The notes below the pieces were generated by a model, which did no database searches, was not told where the DNA came from, and was given only the letters and a program-made list of their open reading frames with translations. A stretch of DNA of 64,000 nt from a bacterium. Lineage in GTDB: Bacteria > Electryoneota > JAOADG01. The DNA is taken from the NCBI GenBank assembly GCA_963681965.1, contig OY820579.1, forward strand, positions 704,001-768,000, written 5' to 3'. Each line of letters starts with the position of its first letter. The stretch's first letter is position 1. The position numbers and the translations under genes are program-made. Shown here piece after piece: positions 40,243-51,162 of the stretch.

Positions 40243-43197
40243 GTGACTCTACGTCGACGCGTTTTCTTCCTGCTAGTTGTAACCCTTGTGTTAATCGCAT
40301 CGTTCGAGTATTTCTTCAACATTTTTCTTTCCAATAAAAATTTCCGAGTATATGAAACCCGCCAAGTTCAACGAAGTATCGATCGCGCTCAAAACGCGCT
40401 CAACCAAGAATTAGAGCACCTTCAGATTTTTGCAACCGATTGGTCGAGTTGGGATGAAACGTACAAATTTGCACAGTCGAGAGATAAAAAATTTGTTGAA
40501 CAAGAGCTGATTACCCAATTTTACATTACTTCGCGGATCAATTATTGTGCGATTATCGATAACAACAACGAGTTTGCCTACGCTCGTGGATACGATTTTT
40601 TAAACAGCACCGACCAAGAGTTTCCCGAACTGACGGCGGAATTTTTCCGCAATTCGGGACTGGTTTTTCCAATTTCCGATAAATTATTATGCAACAAAGG
40701 CATCTTACGGCTTTCAAATTCCGATATGCTTGTCGCTGCACTGCCGATTTTAACCAGTGAAAATAATGGTCCTAGCACCGGAACGCTTATTATGGGTCGG
40801 TTACTGGACAAGACGATGAACGACCGACTGGCGAAGAATATTGAGTTGCAATTTTCATTGGCGCTACAGTCGTCGACGAATGACAGTATTCTACAGCACC
40901 TCCGTACCGAAAAGAAATGGATCGACGATTCGCACACTAACAGCCTGTATAAATCCGGATCGATCGGATATTCGCTTGTCAACGACATTCGCGGAAAACC
41001 GGAATATGTCATTATCGTGGTTGTTCCGAACGAGCTGAAACCGTTACTCGATGCGCAAAATTTTGGCTCGTTTGCCAGCATACTGGTGTTGTTAAGTTTG
41101 TATGGCGCGCTTTGGTTGTTGTTGTCTCAAACAGTACTGAAGCGAGTTGAATCGTTAACCAATCAAGTCTCGCGCATTGGTGAGCAGGCAGAGTCGTCGC
41201 TTCGTACGTCGATTACCGGAAACGACGAGTTATCGATCTTGTCGGGTCGCATTAATTCGATGTTGGAAAATCTGTATCGAGCCGGCGAAACGCTTAACGA
41301 AGCAAATCGCCGATTTCGGGATATTTTATCCAACGTTCGATTGCTGGGTTTTATCCTCAATGCCGAAGGAAAAGTCGAGTTTGTCAATAAATGTGTACAG
41401 GAAATTACCGGTTGGAGCGAAGCGGAATTAATCGGTCAAAGTTGGTTCGAAAAAACGGTTCCCGAGAAATATCGGGATAAGCGATATCGCGATTTTATCG
41501 AATCGATCGCGAGTTCGCGATTTGATTTGCAGCCACTCAGTGAGATTGAAACGCGTAGCGGTGAACGGCGAACGATTTTATTCAATCAAATACCACTTCA
41601 CGACCAAACGGGTCAGATTGTCGGTGTTGCGGTTATTGGCGAGGATATCACCGATCGAATTCTGGCTGAAGCAGAAATCCGTCGTCTGGCAACACTGGTC
41701 GAAGCGTCCACCGAAGCGATTATTATTACCGATCTAGAGACCAACCTGATTTATATCAATCCAGCGTTTACTCGCACATTCGGTTATAGTGCTCAAGAAG
41801 TACTGGGTAGACCATTTGCGCTTTTGCAAAGCGATCGTCACGGTGGAGAATTTTACCACGAAATTTGGCAGACGGTCTCACGCGGCATCGTCTGGAATGG
41901 CGAGTTGTTTGGAAATCGCCGGGGTGGTGGGTCGATCGAATTGGCGATCGCGTTTTTGCCACTGCGCGATCCATCCGGGGAATTGACGCATTATGGAATT
42001 TTTGCCCGCGACGTAACGCAACAAAATGAAATGCAAACCCAATTGAATCGTGCGCAACGATTTGTCGCAATCGGTGAATTGACAGGCGGTATCGCGCACA
42101 ATTTCAACAACGTTTTAACCGTGATCATGGGCAATATCGGATTGGCAAAATTTGCCGAACGCGATCAAGCAAAAACGTGTTTGAGTGAAGCGGAAAACGC
42201 TTGTTTCCGTGCCTCCGACTTGATCAAACAGTTGATGGTATTTAGCCGACGCACGCAAATCGAACGCCTGCCCGTCTCGGTCAACGAATTAATCCGCGAG
42301 GTTACGACGTTGGTGCGCAGCACCTTCGATCGGCGTTTCGAAATTGTTCAGGAATCCCCCAAACCGTTGCGAAAAGTCGATGGCGACGCGTCGCAATTGC
42401 ATCAAGTATTATTGAATATGTGTTTCAATGCAAAGGACGCGCTTTATGCCGTTGCAACCGATTCCAATCGCCAGTTGCGCATCACGCTAAGCGCTCGCGA
42501 AGAAGAGATTGAAAACAAAATTGTCGATGCGGAAGAGCGAAGCGGTAAATTTGTATGCATTACCGTAAGCGATACCGGCTGCGGTATGACATCTGAAGTG
42601 TTGAAGCATATATTTGAACCATTTTATACAACCAAAGAGGTCGGTCAAGGAACCGGTCTGGGGTTATCGACCGCGTTCGGAATTGTAAAACAACACAACG
42701 GTTGGATATCGGCTTCAAGTACGATCAATGTTGGTACAACTTTCCAAATTTATTTACCGACAATGGAAGGCGATACCGCTATCGAAGACGAAGATAAACC
42801 CCCATCGGCGTCGCTCCGCGGAACCGAATCGATATTGCTGATCGAAGACGAAGAAATGGTTCGCAAATACGCACTTCTGTTGTTGCAAGGTCTTGGTTAT
42901 CGAATTACGATTGCGCAGAACGGGTTGGAAGGGTTGAAAATCATCGAACAGCGGAAAGGTGAATTTTCATTAATTATTTTGGATATATCAATGCCGGTGA
43001 TGACCGGGATCGAATTCTTAACACGTGCCGCTACTGTCGATCCAACGATTCGGGTGATATTGGCCAGCGGATTGCCGAAGATCGAGTTAGCGCCAGAGTT
43101 GGAACAGATGGTAATAGGAAGCGTTCCCAAGCCATATCGTCCGGATGAACTTGTGCGGGCGATACGAAAAGCATTGGAAACGAAAAGCGAAACATAA
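40243..43197 (+). CDS. CHASE4-HAMP-PAS hybrid histidine kinase (copy 1)
   Basis: DWSSWDETY and GTLIMGR (CHASE4), GGIAHNFNN, FYTTKEVGQGTGLGL, C-terminal REC. Confidence 0.92.
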   Translation: MTLRRRVFFLLVVTLVLIASFEYFFNIFLSNKNFRVYETRQVQRSIDRAQNALNQELEHLQIFATDWSSWDETYKFAQSRDKKFVEQELITQFYITSRINYCAIIDNNNEFAYARGYDFLNSTDQEFPELTAEFFRNSGLVFPISDKLLCNKGILRLSNSDMLVAALPILTSENNGPSTGTLIMGRLLDKTMNDRLAKNIELQFSLALQSSTNDSILQHLRTEKKWIDDSHTNSLYKSGSIGYSLVNDIRGKPEYVIIVVVPNELKPLLDAQNFGSFASILVLLSLYGALWLLLSQTVLKRVESLTNQVSRIGEQAESSLRTSITGNDELSILSGRINSMLENLYRAGETLNEANRRFRDILSNVRLLGFILNAEGKVEFVNKCVQEITGWSEAELIGQSWFEKTVPEKYRDKRYRDFIESIASSRFDLQPLSEIETRSGERRTILFNQIPLHDQTGQIVGVAVIGEDITDRILAEAEIRRLATLVEASTEAIIITDLETNLIYINPAFTRTFGYSAQEVLGRPFALLQSDRHGGEFYHEIWQTVSRGIVWNGELFGNRRGGGSIELAIAFLPLRDPSGELTHYGIFARDVTQQNEMQTQLNRAQRFVAIGELTGGIAHNFNNVLTVIMGNIGLAKFAERDQAKTCLSEAENACFRASDLIKQLMVFSRRTQIERLPVSVNELIREVTTLVRSTFDRRFEIVQESPKPLRKVDGDASQLHQVLLNMCFNAKDALYAVATDSNRQLRITLSAREEEIENKIVDAEERSGKFVCITVSDTGCGMTSEVLKHIFEPFYTTKEVGQGTGLGLSTAFGIVKQHNGWISASSTINVGTTFQIYLPTMEGDTAIEDEDKPPSASLRGTESILLIEDEEMVRKYALLLLQGLGYRITIAQNGLEGLKIIEQRKGEFSLIILDISMPVMTGIEFLTRAATVDPTIRVILASGLPKIELAPELEQMVIGSVPKPYRPDELVRAIRKALETKSET

Positions 43198-43325
43198 TGT
43201 CAATTCAGCGAACAAGAATTAGTTCTAATTCAACGATTTAACGTCATATTCGGTCCATCGAGATATTGTATTTTTACTACTAATATTGAGATCGATTTTC
43301 CGAAGAAAAATTTCGAAAGGATGCT

Positions 43326-46271
43326 GTGACTCTTCGCCGGAAAACACTATTGTGGCTAAGCGCCACCTTGATTATCGTTGCAGCAACTCAAGCGGTTTAC
43401 AACTACTACCTCGAGCGCTCCGGGAATTCTAAATTCGAACAAAAAATAATCTCAATCAACACACATCGCGTATCCAACGCGATCCAAGATGAGTTGAACT
43501 TCCTGCATCAACTTCACTACAATTATTCTGCCTGGGACGACGCGTATCGGTTTATCGAAAAACCGGATTCAAATTTCTTAAACTCCGCAATGCCACCATC
43601 GACGATGATTGCGACAAAATTAAGTTACATCGCTTTTCTGAATACTAATCGAGAAATTGTATTGTCATACGGAATAAACTATCACACCGGACAACGACAA
43701 AACTATCGAAAACTATCTGCCGAATACTTCACCAATTATCCTCAACTCACCACTTTCCGCGACGAACACGATGCCAATACCGGTTTGCTGGAAGTCGATG
43801 GAAAACTGTTTATGATGGTTTTCGGTCCAATTGTGAAAAGCGATGGAACAGGTCCGATCCGCGGCACACTAGTATTTGGTCGCGAGATCGATGAAAATTA
43901 CGACGATTCCCTTACTAGAAAAATGCAAATTTCGGTTACTCTTTTTAATCTTTCCGACCGAAAAGCACGTTCGATTTTTTCCGGATCGATTGGGGCGAAT
44001 CTGTCTCAATCCGATATTCACATCGATGCGACCCACCGCGATTCACTCGTCGGTTACCGTGTGTTGAAGGACTTGTTCGGGAATCCGGTCGGATTGTTAA
44101 AATTGCGAACGCCAACCGAGCAGCAGCATCTGAATGGAAAAGGTTTTCTAGTATCGATCACCAACACATTGTTCATTATGACACTGCTGGCATTATTTAT
44201 TTGGTTTTTTTCTCGAACGATTTTGCGTCGAATCGAAATGCTGAATGATGGCGTGAAATTAATCGGTAAAAAAGCAAACCCGCAAATGCGTGTGCGTATC
44301 GATGGAACCGACGAGTTAGGCGAATTGGGACAAAATATCAACGAAATGCTGGAAAACGTTCATCGTGCTCAGGAATATTTACAAGAGACCGAACGGCGGT
44401 TTCGCGGAGCACTCGCGAATATCCGGATGATCGGTGTCATCCTCGATCGTGAAGGTAAGATTATTTATAGCAATCGTTATTTGCAAGAGAGTACCGGCTG
44501 GACTGAAACAGAACTGCTTGGACGCGACTGGTTCGAAACGATTGTACCGGAAGAAACCCGTTCGTCGCGACGATCGGATTATACGACGCGTGTTCAGAAC
44601 GATTCATTTGAAGCGCTATTGGTGCGCGAGATTCAAACGCGACGCGGCGATCGCCGAACGATTGTATTCAACATGTCGGCATTACACGATCGACTGGGGA
44701 GCATTGAAAGCGTATCGCTGATCGGTGAAGATATTACCGACCGACTGATGGCAGAAGCGGAGATTCGTCGACTGGCGATGTTGGTGGAATCGGCGACGGA
44801 AGCCATTGAAATCGCCGATGTCAATGGCGATTACATTTACGTAAATCCTGCTTTCACCAAAATCAGCGGTTATTATCCCGAAGAAGTGCTGGGCGGTAAA
44901 ATGCGCTTGGCGTGGAGTGCTACCGATCAAAACGAAACCAATGAGAAAATTTGGAATACGATCTCATCCGGTGCGGTTTGGAATGGACACCTCAGTGATC
45001 GACGGAAAGAAGGTGGTCCACTCGAATTGGATGCCACGATTGTTCCGTTGCGGAATCCGGTAGGTAAAGTAACGCATTACGGAAAATTTGCACGCGATGT
45101 CACGAAACAAGCCGAATTGCAGCGACAATTGGAACGCGCGCAACGATTCGTTACCGTCGGAGAACTGACTGGAGGAATTGCACACAATTTCAACAACGCA
45201 CTTACAGTGATTATGGGAAACATCGGACTGGCACGGATTGCCGATCGTGACCAAACGATGGCATTCTTGGCTGATGCGGAAAGCGCTTGCATCCGCGCAT
45301 CCGATTTGATCAAGCAGTTGATGATGTTTAGTCGCAGAACGCAAATTGAAAAACGACCGGTTTCAATCGGACAATTATTGGAAGAAGTCGTCAAATTGGT
45401 TCGTTCCACGTTCGATCGCCGAATCGAGATCGAATTGTGCGAAATGCCGGAAATGAAACATATCGGCGGCGACCCCTCGCAGTTGCAACAAGTCTTGTTG
45501 AATATGTGCTTCAACGCCAAAGATGCTCTTCAAGAAGTATCAAGCGACCTGGAACGAGTGTTAAAGATTTCGATTTCCGCATCTGAAATGCAGATATCCG
45601 ACTTATTAATCGATGCCGAGATTCGCAATGGCGATTTTGTCAAAATTACGGTGGAAGATACCGGTTGTGGCATGTCGCAAGAAACGTTGAAACGCGTCTT
45701 CGAACCGTTTTTCACGACTAAGGATGTTGGCAAGGGGACAGGTCTAGGGCTTTCGACGGCATTCGGAATCATCAAACAACACGATGGTTGGATTAACGTT
45801 TCCAGTGCACCGAATGTCGGAACTCGATTCACGATTTTTATACCGGTATTAAAAGAAACACTGGATTCAGCAAAAGCCAGTATTCCGAAACTTGAAATTC
45901 CGCGCGGTACCGAACGATTGCTTTTGGTGGAAGACGAAGAGCTAGTGCGAAAAGTCGGCTGTTCGCTCTTGGAACGAATGGGTTATACCGTGGAAACGGC
46001 TTCGAATGGATTGGAAGCGCTGGAATTATTGGAACCCAATCCTCATCGCTTTGCGTTGATCTTGTTGGATATCTCGATGCCGGTAATGTCCGGCGTCGAA
46101 TTTATGGATCGCGCAATTGTACAATATCCGCATCTGCGCATCGTTGTGTCGAGTGGCGTGCCGCTGGTGAATGTCGATCCGAAGATTGCAACGTTGGTCG
46201 TTGGCACCGTCTCGAAGCCATATCAACCCGTCGAGTTGGCGCAGACGATTCGGCAAATACTCGATCAATAG
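43326..46271 (+). CDS. CHASE4-HAMP-PAS hybrid histidine kinase (copy 2, tandem paralogue)
   Basis: YSAWDDAY, GTLVFGR, GGIAHNFNN, FFTTKDVGKGTGLGL, C-terminal REC. Confidence 0.92.
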   Translation: MTLRRKTLLWLSATLIIVAATQAVYNYYLERSGNSKFEQKIISINTHRVSNAIQDELNFLHQLHYNYSAWDDAYRFIEKPDSNFLNSAMPPSTMIATKLSYIAFLNTNREIVLSYGINYHTGQRQNYRKLSAEYFTNYPQLTTFRDEHDANTGLLEVDGKLFMMVFGPIVKSDGTGPIRGTLVFGREIDENYDDSLTRKMQISVTLFNLSDRKARSIFSGSIGANLSQSDIHIDATHRDSLVGYRVLKDLFGNPVGLLKLRTPTEQQHLNGKGFLVSITNTLFIMTLLALFIWFFSRTILRRIEMLNDGVKLIGKKANPQMRVRIDGTDELGELGQNINEMLENVHRAQEYLQETERRFRGALANIRMIGVILDREGKIIYSNRYLQESTGWTETELLGRDWFETIVPEETRSSRRSDYTTRVQNDSFEALLVREIQTRRGDRRTIVFNMSALHDRLGSIESVSLIGEDITDRLMAEAEIRRLAMLVESATEAIEIADVNGDYIYVNPAFTKISGYYPEEVLGGKMRLAWSATDQNETNEKIWNTISSGAVWNGHLSDRRKEGGPLELDATIVPLRNPVGKVTHYGKFARDVTKQAELQRQLERAQRFVTVGELTGGIAHNFNNALTVIMGNIGLARIADRDQTMAFLADAESACIRASDLIKQLMMFSRRTQIEKRPVSIGQLLEEVVKLVRSTFDRRIEIELCEMPEMKHIGGDPSQLQQVLLNMCFNAKDALQEVSSDLERVLKISISASEMQISDLLIDAEIRNGDFVKITVEDTGCGMSQETLKRVFEPFFTTKDVGKGTGLGLSTAFGIIKQHDGWINVSSAPNVGTRFTIFIPVLKETLDSAKASIPKLEIPRGTERLLLVEDEELVRKVGCSLLERMGYTVETASNGLEALELLEPNPHRFALILLDISMPVMSGVEFMDRAIVQYPHLRIVVSSGVPLVNVDPKIATLVVGTVSKPYQPVELAQTIRQILDQ

Positions 46272-46449
46272 TGCGCGAAGAATAATTCTTCAGGCGAGAT
46301 TTTTCTTTAACTCAATGCGTGTAAACGAGCGCTTTGATATTGATGTTCACCGCTCTTCTCGAATCACAATCTAACAACGACGAAATTTGTCTTGTGAAAT
46401 ATTGTTGATGGTATTAAATTGCTGTGTAACAAGACAGCCTGAGGACAAC

Positions 46450-48042
46450 GTGCAATCCAATCGGACGAATCGATATTACTCTATTCTGGGAATTGAAAAA
46501 GGTGCGTCGAAGTCCGAGGTTCGAGAAGCCTATCTGAAGCGCACCAAAGTCGTTCACCCCGATCGTTTCGATCAAACAACACAACCCGATGAGTGGCGCC
46601 AAGCCAACGATATGCTGTCGGAACTAAATGTCGCCTACCAAACAATCTTAGCCGAATTAGAAACCGATCCTACCAATCCCAACCGATGGAACATAAAATT
46701 CGACGGCAGCGACGAGCCATCGGAAGAAACAAATAATCGCCAATCCAATCATCGCCCATCTCCAACTATTCCATCGGGTATTATCAAGGTCGGCGATCTT
46801 CCCGATTCGGTTTTGAATCAACTACGGAATCGGCAAAAAGGTTTGATCGAAAATCAACTCGCGATCAAATCGAAACGACATCGCGGATATGTACTGAAAA
46901 CCGTTTTAATCGTGTTCTGGACACTAGCACTTGGCTGGGCAACCGATCGTTTTGAGTGGACATCGATATTTCAAATACCATTTCTCATCTGTTCCGTTAT
47001 AATCGGTATGATCTCGGTATATAACGGTATGAAGTTGTGGTTTTGGTTTCACCAAAAACTTAAACCGGGTATTATTGTTACCCCACTTCATTTGGTGGTT
47101 ATCGATGAAGCGGGCTTGATACGCTATAAGTCGCTTGAATTGTTCAACAATATCACGACCAAAAAATATAAATCGTTCAGTGTCAATAGCGGATTGGTTG
47201 CGGCAATCGATTTTGTGAATGAGACTATTTTACTGAATTTGAATTCACGAAAACAGGCGCACAAATTACTGGAAGTGTTGACAATTTTCGCGGCGAATTT
47301 GCGCGATGCAAAATCGCCGGAATTGCACGATTACATAACTTCGAATAACGATTTTGTAAAAGTATCCGGTTTTGCACGATTCGATGAAAATGCGCGTCGG
47401 CATGGGCAACCCTCGGTGGCAATGAGTATTTTGATTGGCGCGATACTCGGTGGCTCGATTTTCGCGACCTGTCTTCATTTAAACAGTATTTATCGACCAA
47501 TCGATGTCTCCGGAACCGGTGATCAAGATTCGGTTGTGTATGTTAAACGCAGCCCTTTAATTCCTCCCAAACCGATTCAACCCGAGAAGACACCCCAACC
47601 GGTTATCCCTAAAAGTCACCCGGACGCAAATTACGCCGCACCCACGACCGGCTATCTGGAGCACAATGGCGCGACCGGAAAGATTCCGTTTAAGTTCCAT
47701 GCGGATGGTGGCGGCATTGACTTTTACATTCGAATCGAAGATGATGCGACTTCAAGTCTCGTTTACAGCCTGTTTGTGCGATCTGGCGAAACATTGCGGG
47801 TCTTATTGCCCGATGGTATGTATCGGCTGAAATATGCTGCAGGCGCGGACTGGTCAAGCGCTTCACAATCGTTTCGTACAGGTGAAATCCAAATGAACGA
47901 TCCCACTCGCTACGCAATGAAAATTCTACCGGGTAGTCCCGCATTCGGAAAGAGTATCGAGATAAAAATTGTCAGCGACCCCAAAAGTAACTCGCGACGA
48001 ATTGCAATTACCGCCTTCGATTTGGTCACAAACGGTCAATAG
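46450..48042 (+). CDS. Membrane-anchored J-domain (DnaJ-like) protein
   Basis: YYSILG...VHPDRF HPD motif; three TM segments; GTG at 46450 after GAGGA. Confidence 0.85.
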   Translation: MQSNRTNRYYSILGIEKGASKSEVREAYLKRTKVVHPDRFDQTTQPDEWRQANDMLSELNVAYQTILAELETDPTNPNRWNIKFDGSDEPSEETNNRQSNHRPSPTIPSGIIKVGDLPDSVLNQLRNRQKGLIENQLAIKSKRHRGYVLKTVLIVFWTLALGWATDRFEWTSIFQIPFLICSVIIGMISVYNGMKLWFWFHQKLKPGIIVTPLHLVVIDEAGLIRYKSLELFNNITTKKYKSFSVNSGLVAAIDFVNETILLNLNSRKQAHKLLEVLTIFAANLRDAKSPELHDYITSNNDFVKVSGFARFDENARRHGQPSVAMSILIGAILGGSIFATCLHLNSIYRPIDVSGTGDQDSVVYVKRSPLIPPKPIQPEKTPQPVIPKSHPDANYAAPTTGYLEHNGATGKIPFKFHADGGGIDFYIRIEDDATSSLVYSLFVRSGETLRVLLPDGMYRLKYAAGADWSSASQSFRTGEIQMNDPTRYAMKILPGSPAFGKSIEIKIVSDPKSNSRRIAITAFDLVTNGQ

Positions 48043-48556
48043 CGCCACTTTCACACCTATTAATCCGTGACGCCCAAAGGGTGCTTAGACGCCGACCGGG
48101 TCGCATTTTTCTCTCCGCCATTTCTTTGCGCAAGGTTTTATTCAGTATGTCGTCTAATAAGTAACGTGCAGCCCTTCGGTCTTGCAGCGGTCATGGTAAC
48201 AAGATCGGAGCAATCATTCGCACGTTGATCAGTATGCGGGTTTGGTAATATGTCCGAAGAGTTTTTTTTCCTCGCCCGGGAGGCTCTTTGGTGCATTGCC
48301 CAAATCCGCATTTTGACTGTCGGAGTGGATATAACCAGATAAATCCACAACCTGTCGGTAAAAAAATCACCGATAGCATCTAGTCCTGTCGCACTGGGGA
48401 ATAGTTGGTGTTGGGAGAACGGTCTCATAATCTTTCACAATGTGTTCGTGAAGGAAGATATTAATGATTGAAAACGACGAGTGACTTCTAAATGAGAACC
48501 AGTACGAAAGAAATTTCAAAAATAGGGTACATTAAAAAGCGACGAAAGAGGGAATA

Positions 48557-49348
48557 TTAAACTGTAGAGTGTTTTTTGTATTCATTCAAATCGGCATCGG
48601 AAATTTGATCGGCAGGAACAAGTTTATAATGTTTTTCCGAAACGACTTTAACGATTTCGTTTTCAAGCGTTAATTCAAACATAGCAATTAGCTCATTTGA
48701 CATAAATTGAGCGGATACGGGACGATAAGTTAATTTCCCGTATTTTTCAAGACAGAAACCGATATCTTGTTTTGTTTGAATAACGGAAAGTTGATCTTTT
48801 CCACCTTTGGCTTGGACAGGTATGATAAAGTGATTTCCGCTTTTATCGATTCCAATATATAATTCGTCGATTTCGATTTGACCGATTCCTTTTACGGTCG
48901 TACGAAGATGATTTTGTAGAGAATAAGTCGTTATACCTAAAAAAATATCGATCAACCTGTTATATCGAACTTTTGCCAAGAGCGCCTGCTCATCCTCTTT
49001 AGCATAACATACAATTAGTTCCGGAGTCGCGTTTGGAATTTTAATAGTGACTAAATTCGGATTAGGTACGATTCTATTTATACTAACAAGCGAGAATCTG
49101 TACTTGGACCTTCCCGATGACTCAATAATCCACTCTCTTCCCTTCGATGCTTTCTTCCGAATATACTCGGGTAGTTGATTTCGATATCGAAAACTATAGA
49201 TTAAATCTCCGATGTTTTTTGGTAAATTGATTTTTAGTCTTTTTGAGACGGCTTCGATTTCTTCGCGTTCAAACTCGAAATCAGTCAAACCTTTTTGGTA
49301 ATGCGATTTGAAAATTTCTTCGATGATCATTTCATATATATTTAGCAT
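48557..49348 (-). CDS. Putative type II restriction endonuclease (PD-(D/E)xK-like)
   Basis: EIDELY...PVQAK nuclease-like motif; 5 nt downstream of the m5C methyltransferase. Confidence 0.7.
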   Translation of the reverse strand: MLNIYEMIIEEIFKSHYQKGLTDFEFEREEIEAVSKRLKINLPKNIGDLIYSFRYRNQLPEYIRKKASKGREWIIESSGRSKYRFSLVSINRIVPNPNLVTIKIPNATPELIVCYAKEDEQALLAKVRYNRLIDIFLGITTYSLQNHLRTTVKGIGQIEIDELYIGIDKSGNHFIIPVQAKGGKDQLSVIQTKQDIGFCLEKYGKLTYRPVSAQFMSNELIAMFELTLENEIVKVVSEKHYKLVPADQISDADLNEYKKHSTV

Positions 49349-49353
49349 TGAGT

Positions 49354-50643
49354 CTATCCTTTTGTCTCACGCGTTCGTTTGGCAATTACATCTGTGGAAA
49401 CGCCAAAATATTTAGCCGCCGAACTCATCGTTGATTTAAGAAAATGCTCTTCAGCAAGGTCTAAAACAATAGTCGGCTGTTTCGGCTTTCGACCAAGAGC
49501 ATTTATAATAGATCGTGCAACTGCCCTTCCAAGAAGCGGAGGAACCGAGTTGCCAATTTGCCTGAATCCGTGCCATTTGGTTACATGAAATCGAAACCAA
49601 TCTGGATAAGAGTGTAATCTTGCAGCCTCTCGAACGGTTATTACTCGAGGTAGATAGGGATGAATCGGGCGAGGAGAAGTATATGCCCCATGATCGCTTC
49701 CCGTGCCGGCACGAAGCGTATTGCTTACTCCGTTTGGGTCAAGTTTTAAAAAACGACTAATGGGTTCGGTTTTACCGAAAGGAGTTGCACTGAATCGCTC
49801 TTGAGAGATCGTAGTATGTACAGTTCTCATGCTGGATGTCAATATAGAATTATTGAAATGCCTAAGATAACCAAAATTATCACTCTCTTTCAACAACCCA
49901 CGAAGTTTTTTCGAATAAATTGAATTTGAATTGAAATTGCATTCTACATAATCGCGATCTATTAACTCCGGATACATATCGGCGTCGGGAAGATCGCCGA
50001 TTGCCTCCCAAACAGTCGCTTTTCCACCTTGAAGTGGGTAAGATGGTAATTGACAGCCTTTCTTTGCTCCCATCAAAAACAATCTTTTTCGATCTTGAGG
50101 AACACCGTAATCTTTTGCATTTAAAACACGATAGTCTTTCACAACATTGTAACCAAGATCAGCCAAAGATTCGATTACTTCTTCCAGAAAACGTCTATGA
50201 GTACCCAAAGTCAACCCACGAACATTTTCGAATACAAAGTATTTCGGCGACAACTCGCCAATCAATCTCACAAAATGATAAACAAGTTGATTTCTGGGAT
50301 CATCGAGAGCTCGCTTTCCGATCATTGAAAACCCTTGACAAGGAGCACCACCGAAAACGACATCAATTTCGCGCTTTTCTATACCCGCTAGCTTGCGAAC
50401 TTCAGAGCCGTCGATTAATCGAACGTCGCGACAAATTGTGGTAGTCGTTGGAAAATTGAAATGATGAATTGCGCAATGAATCGGGTCGATTTCAACGGCA
50501 GCACAAACGTCGAAGCCTGCCTGTTCGAATCCAAGCGATAACCCTCCGGCTCCGGCAAAAAGGTCTATGCCAATTGGGCGGTCGAATCGATCCAATGTGA
50601 TCGCTGAATTATTCGCAGAGAAAATCGATAATTCTTCTTTCAA
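49354..50643 (-). CDS. DNA (cytosine-5) methyltransferase, probably CGATCG-specific (M.XorII/M.Ssp6803I-like)
   Basis: DLFAGAGG, GGAPCQGFS, FENV, QDRKR, QIGNSVPP; PIHCAIHHFNFP and PRPIHP segments recalled from the CGATCG family (specificity is inference). Confidence 0.9.
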   Translation of the reverse strand: MKEELSIFSANNSAITLDRFDRPIGIDLFAGAGGLSLGFEQAGFDVCAAVEIDPIHCAIHHFNFPTTTTICRDVRLIDGSEVRKLAGIEKREIDVVFGGAPCQGFSMIGKRALDDPRNQLVYHFVRLIGELSPKYFVFENVRGLTLGTHRRFLEEVIESLADLGYNVVKDYRVLNAKDYGVPQDRKRLFLMGAKKGCQLPSYPLQGGKATVWEAIGDLPDADMYPELIDRDYVECNFNSNSIYSKKLRGLLKESDNFGYLRHFNNSILTSSMRTVHTTISQERFSATPFGKTEPISRFLKLDPNGVSNTLRAGTGSDHGAYTSPRPIHPYLPRVITVREAARLHSYPDWFRFHVTKWHGFRQIGNSVPPLLGRAVARSIINALGRKPKQPTIVLDLAEEHFLKSTMSSAAKYFGVSTDVIAKRTRETKG

Positions 50644-51016
50644 GTTTATCCCTTTTCTTCAATTCACATTGCCACACCGTAAGGATTTTCCATCCCAAAC
50701 TACGCAATTCAATTCGATTGGATTTGTCGCGTCGGATATTTTTTTCGAATTTTTCTAACCAGAATATTTTGTTCGATTTTGGAGTTGTTGAATACTTACA
50801 GCCCTTGTGGCGATGCCAGAAACAGCCGTTGATGAAGATTATTTTTCGTTTTGAAACAAAAACCAAATCGGGTTTTCCGGGAAGATCGACACGATGGAGG
50901 CGGTATCGAAAACCAAGAGAAAAGATCATTCCCCGAACGGCAAGTTCCGTTGTTGTGTCCTTTGATCGAACATTGGACATAAGTGCGCTTCTTTGCAATT
51001 TTGTCAAAGCGTCCAT
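50609..51016 (-). CDS. vsr: Very short patch repair endonuclease Vsr
   Basis: MSNVRSKDT, LPGKPD, FINGCFWHRH, FWLEKFEKNIRRD, VWQCE. Confidence 0.95.
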   Translation of the reverse strand: MDALTKLQRSALMSNVRSKDTTTELAVRGMIFSLGFRYRLHRVDLPGKPDLVFVSKRKIIFINGCFWHRHKGCKYSTTPKSNKIFWLEKFEKNIRRDKSNRIELRSLGWKILTVWQCELKKRDKLERRIIDFLCE

Positions 51017-51162
51017 TTAAAAGTACTCGGTTTTGATATTTATGTATTTCGAATTTTACTAAAATACCGATCAAAACCCTCGACAGCAAGACTAAAGAGT
51101 GTTGACTAAAATTGAGAGATAACTTTGAGCCATCAAACCAACTCGACACGCTAAGTCTAATA

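Noticed and set aside
48043-48556. Possible IS end or ncRNA left of the restriction-modification locus (CAGTATGTCGTCTAATAAG; 96-aa ORF)
   Set aside because: No convincing partner inverted repeat, transposase motif or recognisable RNA fold.
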